This document shows positions 1 through 8,530 of a stretch of DNA of 40,382 bases, piece by piece. Every line of letters begins with the position of its first letter. Position 1 is the first letter of the stretch. Source of the DNA: Chthoniobacteraceae bacterium (lineage in GTDB: Bacteria; Verrucomicrobiota; Verrucomicrobiia; Chthoniobacterales; Chthoniobacteraceae); assembly GCA_043776145.1 (NCBI GenBank), contig JAYVRQ010000742.1:1-40382 (forward strand), in the 5' to 3' direction. A program made the position numbers and the translations under genes. The notes below the pieces were generated by a model. That model was not told the origin of the DNA, made no database searches, and worked only from the letters and a program-made list of their open reading frames with translations.

Positions 1-465
1 TCGATGGTCAGCGCCACGGTTTCACCCTTGCAGCAATGGCGGCAGACTTGGTTCTTCACGATGGCTAACAGTGGCAATGCAGCCGATAGTGCCAACCCCG
101 ATGGCGACGCTAGCATTAACATTGTCGAGTTTGCCTTCGGCACCAATCCTACCGTCGGTCAGTCCGGCGCGATCCTGGTGAACAGCCCGACGAACATCAC
201 GCCGGGCAGTCCGGCTACTTCAGTCACTAACACTCAGACCGGCGTGGACTATCGCGCGCTCTATGGACGCAGAAAGGATTACGAGGCCGCAGGCTTGACC
301 TATACCGTGGAGTTTAGCCCGGACCTTGTTACATGGGTGGCTAGTGCGGACATTCCGACAGTCATCGCGGACAACAACGTCATGCAGGCTGTGACCGTGC
401 CGTACCCGCTCTTCATCAACGGAAAGAAAGCGCGGTTTTTCCACGTCATCATCATCGGCCCGTGA
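1..465 (+). CDS. 3' end of a secreted/surface protein gene whose 5' part lies upstream of the window; function unknown
   Basis: The frame is open from the window edge to TGA 463-465. The tail contains the acidic segment NPDGDASINIVEFAFGTNP, of the kind seen near C-termini of large PVC-group surface proteins. Its stop overlaps the GTG start of the next gene (GTGA at 462-465). Confidence 0.5.
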   Translation, partial: SMVSATVSPLQQWRQTWFFTMANSGNAADSANPDGDASINIVEFAFGTNPTVGQSGAILVNSPTNITPGSPATSVTNTQTGVDYRALYGRRKDYEAAGLTYTVEFSPDLVTWVASADIPTVIADNNVMQAVTVPYPLFINGKKARFFHVIIIGP

Positions 466-1451
466 ACCGTCGGCTCCTAGTCATTGCGGTTGCGCTGGTG
501 ATTCACAACGCGACACCGTTCGTCGATGCGGCAGTGATCTATCGTGGGTTGCAAAATATCGCGATCCCGACCGACTTCACCGGAGTCTATCTGAATATCG
601 ACAACGGAACGACGGGGTTCGCGGAGTTCACCGGCTGGGACATCAACCCTTTCTTCGGTGGCACCGGCGTGTCGAACAGCGCGGCCTTCCAGCCCGCGCG
701 GGCTGGCACCTCAAATGGCGACCGGATCATCTCACTCGGCACGGGGGTGACGGTCAATGGCAGCCTGCTCTACGCGACAGGTGAAGGCGGGTCCGCGGGC
801 CATCTTGGTGTAGGTGCGAATTTCTTTGGCATCGGGCAGGAAGCCTACATGGGATTTCGATTTACCACCGATGGGAACACCGGGCCTTACTATGGCTGGA
901 TGCGCGTCTTCTTCACCGCCAACACGCCCGGCGGCGTCATCAAGGATTGGGCTTACGAAAACAGTGGGACGGCGACCCAGACTGGGAATGTTTTGCAAGC
1001 CCCGCCAGTGTCGGGAGTTTCCACGGTGACTTTGTCCGGTGGCGCGGGGCAGAATTTCACGCTGGGTTCCGTGACCGCGAATGTGGGAGTCGGAAATGTA
1101 ACCGCCATCGCCAAGACCGGCGCGGGCACCTGGACCCTCGCGGGGCCGCAGACCTATGCACGCCTCACGACCAGCGATGGCATCACCAATCTCAATGTCC
1201 CGCTGCCCAACGCCACCATCGACAGCAACGGCGGCACACTCAACATCAACACCAGCCAGACCCTCGCCGCACTGAACATTGGCGCGGGAGGAGTCGTGAA
1301 CATATCGGGAACCGGCCCCGCATTAGCGGAAGACGCCGCGGGGTCGATTCAAACCGTGCCGGAGCCCGGAAGTGTCGCGCTGCTTTTCGGCGGATTGCTG
1401 GTGCTGCTCCCGCAGCCCCGCCGCTTTATTCGTGGAAAAGTTAGTGAGTAA
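462..1451 (+). CDS. PEP-CTERM sorting-domain surface protein
   Basis: 329-aa ORF with a signal-like N-terminus (MNRRLLVIAVALVIHNATPFVDAAV). It has Gly/Thr/Asn-rich beta-strand repeats (AKTGAGTWTLAG style). The C-terminal VPEPGSVALLFGGLLVLLPQPRR (nt 1356-1424) gives a PEP motif, a hydrophobic helix and an Arg cluster. Confidence 0.85.
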   Translation: MNRRLLVIAVALVIHNATPFVDAAVIYRGLQNIAIPTDFTGVYLNIDNGTTGFAEFTGWDINPFFGGTGVSNSAAFQPARAGTSNGDRIISLGTGVTVNGSLLYATGEGGSAGHLGVGANFFGIGQEAYMGFRFTTDGNTGPYYGWMRVFFTANTPGGVIKDWAYENSGTATQTGNVLQAPPVSGVSTVTLSGGAGQNFTLGSVTANVGVGNVTAIAKTGAGTWTLAGPQTYARLTTSDGITNLNVPLPNATIDSNGGTLNINTSQTLAALNIGAGGVVNISGTGPALAEDAAGSIQTVPEPGSVALLFGGLLVLLPQPRRFIRGKVSE

Positions 1452-3864
1452 AATTGCGCGGCTAAACGATGGCTGGGTGTCGCCTGCGGCCCATCTTTGG
1501 CTGATGCTCGGCGCGGCGGTCGCGATGTTTTGCTGCCGCGTGGCGCAGGAAGGGAACATCGGTTTGTTTCTCGTGATCGCCGGGGTGGCGCTAGTTGTTT
1601 TTCCTCCACGGATCAGGGTCGATTGGAAGCTATGGGTGCTGGGGCTGGCCCTGCTGCTGCTGGCATCGCTGGCCTTCCTTCCGCAGAGTTGGTTCCCATC
1701 GCCCGCCTGGCGGCAAAGTCTGGAATCGGCGGGCGTTCCCCTTCCCTCTTCCATTACCCCGCACCCACGCGAAACATGGTTCTGGCTGTGCATCCTTTCC
1801 GTGGCGGTCAGCATCGGTCTGTTTGGGCTCGCTCATCCGATGGGTTCGCGGACGCAACTGCTCCCAGCCGCCGTCGCGGTGGCGATCTGCGGCATTTACG
1901 CCAGCCTTGCCATGTATGCGTATCACTCCGGCAGGGAATATCCCTTTGCACCCGATCCCGATTTTTTCGGTTTCTTTCCCAATCGAAACCACATGGCTAC
2001 CTTCCTTGTCATGGGTGGCGTGCTTTCATTGGGAATCCTGAGCGTTGCATTTAAGCAAAAGCATTGGGTGGCGGGGACGGTTGCGGCTGTTAGTCTTGTC
2101 ATTTGTGTAAGAGCACTGCTCTTCTTTTCCACTTCGCGGGGAGGCATTGTTTTCCTCCTCGTCGGGACACTGCTCTGGCTCGCCGGCCTGGGCCGGGCGC
2201 ATCGCTCGAAGCCATTGCTGATTTCTTTCGCCGCCATTTTTCTGAGTGGTATCCTGCTGCTGCTGGGATCGAAAACCATGGTCCGGCATCGGCTTTTCGT
2301 TTTGGCAGGATTGGAAAAGGACCGTGACAATGTCACGGAATCTCAGGACAGACAGGCACCCATTGACGGGCGGATTCTTATTTTCAAAGACACCATTGGC
2401 TTGATCCGCGACTATCCGCTCACTGGATGCGGCCTGGGTGCCTTTCGCTATGTCTTTACATACTATCGCGAACGCTTCGTCTTGGATGTCCCGGTGATTC
2501 ATCCCGAAAGCGACTGGCTGATGCTAGCCGCCGAGGCGGGCATTCCAGCACTGGCAACGCTGATGATTGGAATTGGTTGGTTGATGCGAAGGCTGTGGCG
2601 GCTGCGCGATCATCCCTACTGGCCGATGCGCTGGGCCATCCTATGCGCCGCGTTTGCCGCGCTGCTGCATGGGTGCATCGACGTTCCCGCGCACCGGCCC
2701 GCCCTGGGCTGGTGGATTCTGGCGGTCGCCGGAGTGGGTTTCCAAGTCACCCCGCGCACACCCATGCCACCCTCCCGCATCCAGCACCTGCTGTTTGTCC
2801 TGGCCGGACTGGGTGGCATTGCCTTTGGCATCCCCATGATCCGCGCCGAATGGTTTGGCGGATACTCATCGCCGCCTCTCGCGCCGTATGCGGAGCAAGC
2901 TGCAATCATCGGACTCCGAGTGGATGAAAAATTGCCGGAAGCCGTGGCTGCCGCGCGCAAAGCCATCGCGGCTTTCCCGCTGGTGGACGTGCTCCATTTT
3001 CAACTGGCAGTCACGCTGCTGCGTCTCGATCCAAAGTCCGCGGAAGCCGACGTGCTGTTTCGCGCCCAGCGTTTGATCGCACCCACCACGCCGCAGGTGC
3101 CTGTCGATCAGGGTGCTTTCCTGCTGGATAGGGATCCGGAAAAAGCGGCACAGCTTTGGATGGAGGCAATTCAACGGTCGGAGCGGATAGACCAGCACAA
3201 GCTGGGGCATCCCGGCGGTGCGTTAGTGCTCTATGGCAATCTTCTAACTCGCGCCTCCTCCGCACCCATCGTCCAACAGCGGTTGCTTGCAGTCTGTTCG
3301 GGCCGGCCGGATTTCATCCTAACCTGGCTGGAACGATGCGAGCCCGCTGTGGCCGCCGCAGAGTTTCCGCGACTGTCCGCGGATGCCAGCTTTCGCGATG
3401 CCCTCACCGAGTCTGCGCGGCGTCGTTTTTTGGAAATGTGGTATCGCAAGGGTGATCGCGGGCAACTCTTTCCATGGGTCGCCGGACAGCCGGACTGGCA
3501 GCGCGCCGCGTGGCCGGTGACGCTCCGGCGTCTGGTCGATGCCGGCCAGTTTGCCGAGGCCGTCCAGGCTGCCGCGACGCAATTCAGCTTTACCCTCGTC
3601 CTGCCAGAGCCGGGTTCCGGCGAGCCCGAAGGCACAGCTTCCCCGGATGAAAGTCGCGCGGTTTCCTTCGATCGTTTTTGGCGGAAAGGCAACATCGTCA
3701 CGGCGCGGCGCATCCTCGATGAAGCGCGGGCGGAAGCCTCCCCGCCGGAGCCTGAGATTTGGCGATTGAGTGCCGCCGTCTGCGCGCGGGATGGCCAGTG
3801 GCAGGCCGCATGGCAACATGTGGAACGCTATCTTCGCGAAGCCCATCCCGACCCGATTCCATAG
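1444..3864 (+). CDS. O-antigen ligase/polymerase family (Wzy_C) polytopic membrane protein fused to a roughly 330-aa C-terminal helical-repeat (TPR-like) domain
   Basis: The N-terminal roughly 480 aa are multi-TM. Wzy_C hallmarks are FFSTSRGGIVFLLVGTLLWL, GCGLGAFRYVF and HPESDWLMLAAEAGIPAL. The C-terminal part is soluble and Ala/Leu/Arg-rich helical repeat. The start is uncertain: the track ORF begins at ATG 1372 inside the previous gene, GTG 1444 gives an 8-nt overlap, and ATG 1504 is also in frame. Confidence 0.8.
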   Translation: MSKIARLNDGWVSPAAHLWLMLGAAVAMFCCRVAQEGNIGLFLVIAGVALVVFPPRIRVDWKLWVLGLALLLLASLAFLPQSWFPSPAWRQSLESAGVPLPSSITPHPRETWFWLCILSVAVSIGLFGLAHPMGSRTQLLPAAVAVAICGIYASLAMYAYHSGREYPFAPDPDFFGFFPNRNHMATFLVMGGVLSLGILSVAFKQKHWVAGTVAAVSLVICVRALLFFSTSRGGIVFLLVGTLLWLAGLGRAHRSKPLLISFAAIFLSGILLLLGSKTMVRHRLFVLAGLEKDRDNVTESQDRQAPIDGRILIFKDTIGLIRDYPLTGCGLGAFRYVFTYYRERFVLDVPVIHPESDWLMLAAEAGIPALATLMIGIGWLMRRLWRLRDHPYWPMRWAILCAAFAALLHGCIDVPAHRPALGWWILAVAGVGFQVTPRTPMPPSRIQHLLFVLAGLGGIAFGIPMIRAEWFGGYSSPPLAPYAEQAAIIGLRVDEKLPEAVAAARKAIAAFPLVDVLHFQLAVTLLRLDPKSAEADVLFRAQRLIAPTTPQVPVDQGAFLLDRDPEKAAQLWMEAIQRSERIDQHKLGHPGGALVLYGNLLTRASSAPIVQQRLLAVCSGRPDFILTWLERCEPAVAAAEFPRLSADASFRDALTESARRRFLEMWYRKGDRGQLFPWVAGQPDWQRAAWPVTLRRLVDAGQFAEAVQAAATQFSFTLVLPEPGSGEPEGTASPDESRAVSFDRFWRKGNIVTARRILDEARAEASPPEPEIWRLSAAVCARDGQWQAAWQHVERYLREAHPDPIP

Positions 3865-3927
3865 CCGCTCGATGGATAGTTCCATTCACTGGATGACACC
3901 CGCCCATAGCTGAGCCAGTATTCCCAA

Positions 3928-5409
3928 GTGGCCGAACCCAGTTCTTCCAACCCCAAAACCCCGGACCCATTCCTGACAAGGAAGCGAAGGCTTCTGCTGA
4001 AGTGGGTGTGCCCCGCTGCGCTCGTCTGCGTTCCCCTGGCACTGCATTCGCAGACCGTTTCGACGGTTCGTGAAATCGAGTTTCGTTCCCGCTGGTCGAA
4101 TTACCAGGTCGATCAGCCAAGGGTCGAGCGGGCCGAGGGTGCGTCCGGGGAAGCCGAGGCCGAGCACGGCGTCGTGCCAGCCCTGCGCTCGCTCTTTCGC
4201 ACGGGACCGATCGTGATCCGCGGCAGCGTGACGAGCGGATGGGAATACTCGAACGAACACCTAAACACCGCCGGGTCGCGCGCCACCAGCGACAGCAGCC
4301 TTTTCACCGCCCCGGCAATTCTTGTTTCCTATGATCGCGAAGTCGGCGCGCTAACTGTCTCCTTTCGCTACTCGGCGGGTTATCTGCGCTATCTCGATGA
4401 CAACTTTTCCCCGGCTGGCGGAAGCGCGGGTGGTTTGTCCCAGACCGCCGGGCTCGATGTGGCGCGGCAGGGCAGCCGGCTGGCTTTCCGGCTGGGTGTT
4501 AGCGCGAGTTCCGGCTCCGGCTATGACATCGAACGCAATGGCCAGACCGATCGCACTAGCTTTGCGGAGGCATTTTCCACCGACTACTCCCTGACCACCT
4601 TCACCCGCATCGGTGCCAGCCTGAATGCGGCTCACGAGACTTACTCAAGTCCGGGTGGGACCGATGATTCGCAAAACCGCTGGTCCGCGTCGGTTCACGG
4701 CGAATATGTTTTATCCGGCAAGACAGGCATGCGCCTCGAATTCGGCGCTGGCCAGGAGAGCCAGTTCACCGGGGAAGTCACGTCGCGGGATCGCAGCTAC
4801 TATCAGGGTTTGCTCCGGGTAAAATATCAGCCCGCCGAAAAACTCACGCTGACTCCCGCGCTGGGTTTCGGAGTGATCGAGCAAAGTGGCCCAGCCAGCC
4901 AGATCAACCGCGCGGACGATGGCTTCCGTGTTCTGTATTCCTTGGGCGTGGACTATACGCCCACGGAAAAAACGGCGATCCGGCTGTTCGTTGGCCTGGA
5001 AGGTGCGTCGTCACAGCCCGAGTTGTCGCTGGCCGTCGCTTGGAATCCCCGCGCCAATACCCTAGTGAACTTATCCATCTATCAACAGAGCGGACTCTCC
5101 ACGATCGCCGTCATTCCCGACCGGACTCGGCGCGGCGCGCTCCTTTCGCTCCAGCAGCACCTTTTTCAACGAATGGACGCCGGGCTGAGCATCGGCTGGG
5201 AAAAAGAGGAATGGAATGACTCCAGCGCACCGGGAGCCGGGGCCACGCTGGACCCCTACTACTTTGCCGCCGGGACTTTCGCCTGGGAATTGAATTCCTG
5301 GCTGACCTGGCAAGCGCAGGCCCGCATCTCGTCGGGACGCGGTTTCACGGCGACCCAAAACGACGACCTCGAGACCCGCGCCTCGGTCAGTTTCCGATTG
5401 ACTTTTTGA
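3928..5409 (+). CDS. Putative outer-membrane beta-barrel protein of the polysaccharide export apparatus
   Basis: GTG start, with a signal-like segment RKRRLLLKWVCPAALVCVPLALHSQT. There are long runs of alternating hydrophobic/polar residues with Gly/Ser/Thr/Tyr-rich strands. The terminal residue is aromatic (SVSFRLTF), as in many OMPs. It sits immediately upstream of the OPX gene. Confidence 0.55.
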   Translation: MAEPSSSNPKTPDPFLTRKRRLLLKWVCPAALVCVPLALHSQTVSTVREIEFRSRWSNYQVDQPRVERAEGASGEAEAEHGVVPALRSLFRTGPIVIRGSVTSGWEYSNEHLNTAGSRATSDSSLFTAPAILVSYDREVGALTVSFRYSAGYLRYLDDNFSPAGGSAGGLSQTAGLDVARQGSRLAFRLGVSASSGSGYDIERNGQTDRTSFAEAFSTDYSLTTFTRIGASLNAAHETYSSPGGTDDSQNRWSASVHGEYVLSGKTGMRLEFGAGQESQFTGEVTSRDRSYYQGLLRVKYQPAEKLTLTPALGFGVIEQSGPASQINRADDGFRVLYSLGVDYTPTEKTAIRLFVGLEGASSQPELSLAVAWNPRANTLVNLSIYQQSGLSTIAVIPDRTRRGALLSLQQHLFQRMDAGLSIGWEKEEWNDSSAPGAGATLDPYYFAAGTFAWELNSWLTWQAQARISSGRGFTATQNDDLETRASVSFRLTF

Positions 5410-5417
5410 GCGTTGAC

Positions 5418-6173
5418 ATGAACCTCCGCGCCGTGAACCTACTGCCCCCGACGACTCGGAAAATTGCCGCCGCGTGGCTGGGCGTTCTTTTGGCTTTTGG
5501 TGACGCTATTGCCATTCGAGCCCAGTCTCCGGGCGCGATTTCCGTCCAAAAACCGCTGCCGCCACGCGCCGAGCGCGCCGAACCCCGCGGCGAGTCCGCG
5601 CTCTCGCCGGCACCCGTGGCCCGGCCCGCCGCGACGGACACACCCAGCGGCCCCGCGATTACCGCCGCCGCCAACGACTATGTCATCTCCACTTCCGACA
5701 CCCTCGAGATGTCCATCTTCCGCGAGCCCGATCTGACGACTCGCAGCCGGGTGGGTAGCGATGGCACCGTGCAGCTTCCACTCATCGGCGATGTAAAGGT
5801 CGCCGGAATGACCGTGCGCGTGGCGCGGGAAATGATTCGCAAACGATACGATGCCGATTACCTCGTCGATCCCCAAGTCTATCTCAACGTCATCGACTAT
5901 GCGCAGCGGAAGTTCACCGTCATGGGCCAGGTCTCGCGGCCCGGCACCTATGATTTCCCCGGCGGCAGCACCCTCTCGCTCCTGCAAGCCGTGGGCATGG
6001 CCGGCGGCTTCACCCGCACCGCGGATCGCGCGAAAGTCGTGGTCCGGCGCTCGGTGAAGGGTGGCGCGGATGAAACCATCAAACTAAACGCCAAGAAAAT
6101 GGCATCGGAAGGCAAAGGGTCTTTTGAAGTCGCGCCGGGCGACGTAATCACCGTGGCGGAAAGCTGGTTTTGA
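5418..6173 (+). CDS. Polysaccharide export protein, short Wza-like OPX (Poly_export + SLBB)
   Basis: ISTSDTLEMSIFREPDLTTRSRVGSDGTVQLPLIGDVKVAGMTVRVAREMIRKRY followed by FTVMGQVSRPGTYDF matches the Poly_export/SLBB pattern. The N-terminus is signal-like. The track ORF starts at TTG 5406, and ATG 5418 is preferred. Confidence 0.85.
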   Translation: MNLRAVNLLPPTTRKIAAAWLGVLLAFGDAIAIRAQSPGAISVQKPLPPRAERAEPRGESALSPAPVARPAATDTPSGPAITAAANDYVISTSDTLEMSIFREPDLTTRSRVGSDGTVQLPLIGDVKVAGMTVRVAREMIRKRYDADYLVDPQVYLNVIDYAQRKFTVMGQVSRPGTYDFPGGSTLSLLQAVGMAGGFTRTADRAKVVVRRSVKGGADETIKLNAKKMASEGKGSFEVAPGDVITVAESWF

Positions 6174-6194
6174 TCGCATGAAACCGGGACCACT

Positions 6195-8351
6195 GTGAAA
6201 GACGGAGACTTAGCCAGCATCTTACAAGAACTGGGAGGCGGCGGCCCCTCGCAGGCCAGCGACTGGCGTGAATACTATCAAGTCATCCGGGAGCGGTTCT
6301 GGGTCATCCTGCTTTTCCTGGCTTTGAGCGGCGTAGCCGCAGCCATCTATATGTCCCGGCTGGAGGCGCGCTTCCAGGCCCGCGCGGTCATCTTTCTCGA
6401 ACAGGAGCAGGATCGTGTGCTGAGCAATGTCAAAGGGGTGCGCGAAGAGGCGATCGCTAGTCTCGACATGATTAACACGGTGGTCGATCTCCTGTGCAGC
6501 TACCCATTCGCACTGCGGGTGGCGGAGCGCATGAAGCTGCATGAAGACACCCGTTTCACTGCATCCATCGCGGTGCGTGCAGGCCCGAAGGCCACCGCGC
6601 CAGAAGCGGCGGGCGCGCTCGTCCGCATGGTGTCCGCGGGCTACCGCAAAAACACTAGGCTGATCGACATCTTCGTGACCCATCCCGACCCGGCGCTCGC
6701 CACCATGCTGGCCAATGGCTATGCCGATGAATACCTGCGCTCCGTCTTCGAAAAGAAGACCGATGCCAACAAGGCTGCGCAGCAATTTCTCGTCGAAGAA
6801 GCGGACAGGCTAAGGAAAAAGATGCGCATCTCCGAGGAAGCCATGCAGAGCTTCCGGGAAAAGGAACGGGCGTCTTCCATTGAGAATTTGCAGGAAAGCA
6901 CGCAGGCCAAGCTAACCGGGATGATTACCCAGATGGGTGAGATGGAGCAGCGCATGTTTCAACTCGACACCGACTTGAAGGTCGCCCGCGCGAACGCGGA
7001 CAACACGGATGAACTGCTGCGCCTGCCAAGTGTCGTGAGCGAGCAGAAGGTCGCCCGGCTGACCGAGGCGCTTGCCGAGCAGGAGCGGGCGCTCGCTCTT
7101 CTCAGTCAGCGTTACCGCGCCAAGCATCCCGCTTATGTCGCGGCGCACACCCAACTGAACTCGCTTACCTTGGAACGCAAAAGCGTGCTCAAGAATGCCG
7201 TTTCGCTGCTGGAGACGGGACGCGAGCATCTTCAGGCTCAATATGAGGAGGTCAAAAAAACACGCGAAGAGCAGGAAGCTCGACTTCTGGTCATCACGGG
7301 GAAATCCGTTGTCACCAATGACCTCAAGCGGGAGTTGGACGCGGATACAGCCATGCACCAGTCCGTCCTCGCCCGCATGAAAGAGATCGACGTTTCCAAA
7401 GGGCTCACCGACTCACCAATCCGCATCCATGAACGGGCGACGGGTGCCGGGCCAGTTGGAGTCAATCCGGTAAAAGTCTATGGCAGCGCCGCTTTTGTCG
7501 GCTTCCTTCTCGGCGTCGGACTACTCTTCGGCCTTCATTTTATCGACCATTCGATCAAGACCGTCGAACAGGTCGAACAGATTTCGGGGCTTCCCGTGCT
7601 TGCCGCCGTTCCCCGGAAGAAAAAGCAGAAGGGTGCCGCCGAGGACCGGACCCTCGACTCGGTGGTGGATCGTCAGGGACTTATCGCGGAATCCTTTCGC
7701 TCTCTCCGCGCCTCCGTTGCGATGCTTACCAACGCCGAGACGCGGCGGAGCTTTCTTTTTACCAGTGCGATGCCATCGGAGGGAAAGACCTTCTGCAGCA
7801 CGAACTTCGCTGTCACTCTAAGCCAGCAGGGTTTCAAAACCCTCATCATCGACGCGGACCTGCGCAAACCGAAAGTATCCCCGGTCTTCTTCGGTGAGCA
7901 TCGGAAGCCGGGACTGAGCGAAGTGCTATCCGGGCAGATCGTTTTGGAGGAAGCTATCATTGCGACCGAGATCGAGAATCTCTCCGTCCTCACCGCCGGT
8001 GGCCGCGCACCCAATCCCGCCGAACTCATTGCGACGCCGAAGATGCGCGAGCTGCTGGAAGAAGCTCTGTCCATCTATGATCGCATCGTCATCGACACCG
8101 CGCCCGTGCTTGCCGTGAGCGACGGTCTTCTCATCGCGCCGTATGTCAACGTGAGTTGCCTGGTCATTCGAGCCTGCTCCACCACGCGCAAGACCGCCTC
8201 CCGCGCCCTCCGCGCGCTGACGGAAATCAAGTGCCGCCCCGCCGGCGTGATTCTCAATTTCCTACCCACCGGCTCCGGCAGTGAATACTACTACTCCGGC
8301 AAATACTACGGCTCGTATTCCTCGAAAGGGGTTTATGGCACGAAGACTTAG
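6195..8351 (+). CDS. Polysaccharide co-polymerase / tyrosine autokinase (Wzc/GumC/EpsB-like PCP-2a)
   Basis: An N-terminal TM is followed by a long coiled-coil region and a second TM. The C-terminal BY-kinase has Walker A SAMPSEGKTF, A' LIIDADLRKP and B IVIDTAPVL. The terminal Tyr cluster is EYYYSGKYYGSYSSKGVYG. Confidence 0.9.
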   Translation: MKDGDLASILQELGGGGPSQASDWREYYQVIRERFWVILLFLALSGVAAAIYMSRLEARFQARAVIFLEQEQDRVLSNVKGVREEAIASLDMINTVVDLLCSYPFALRVAERMKLHEDTRFTASIAVRAGPKATAPEAAGALVRMVSAGYRKNTRLIDIFVTHPDPALATMLANGYADEYLRSVFEKKTDANKAAQQFLVEEADRLRKKMRISEEAMQSFREKERASSIENLQESTQAKLTGMITQMGEMEQRMFQLDTDLKVARANADNTDELLRLPSVVSEQKVARLTEALAEQERALALLSQRYRAKHPAYVAAHTQLNSLTLERKSVLKNAVSLLETGREHLQAQYEEVKKTREEQEARLLVITGKSVVTNDLKRELDADTAMHQSVLARMKEIDVSKGLTDSPIRIHERATGAGPVGVNPVKVYGSAAFVGFLLGVGLLFGLHFIDHSIKTVEQVEQISGLPVLAAVPRKKKQKGAAEDRTLDSVVDRQGLIAESFRSLRASVAMLTNAETRRSFLFTSAMPSEGKTFCSTNFAVTLSQQGFKTLIIDADLRKPKVSPVFFGEHRKPGLSEVLSGQIVLEEAIIATEIENLSVLTAGGRAPNPAELIATPKMRELLEEALSIYDRIVIDTAPVLAVSDGLLIAPYVNVSCLVIRACSTTRKTASRALRALTEIKCRPAGVILNFLPTGSGSEYYYSGKYYGSYSSKGVYGTKT

Positions 8352-8530
8352 GCTCCCCAGCGCCGACGATCGCATGATCGCATCACTAAAAATGGAGAGG
8401 GCAGCACCAATAAAATTAGAAGCAAAGGTCTTGAGCCGAAAGGAGCAAATGACCATGTGCGGCAGCATGTCTGAATGGTGTTGAATGGCTGGGATGGTCA
8501 TCCTAGTTCGTAGCAGTTCCCCTTTCCGCT

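Noticed and set aside
8368-8383. A tandem GATCGCAT GATCGCAT lies in the 180-nt spacer before glf. That spacer also holds a 36-codon ORF (MIASLKMERAAPIKLEAKVLSRKEQMTMCGSMSEWC).
   Set aside because: There are only two copies of an 8-mer. The small ORF has no recognisable features or conservation evidence. The spacer is more simply an internal promoter region.
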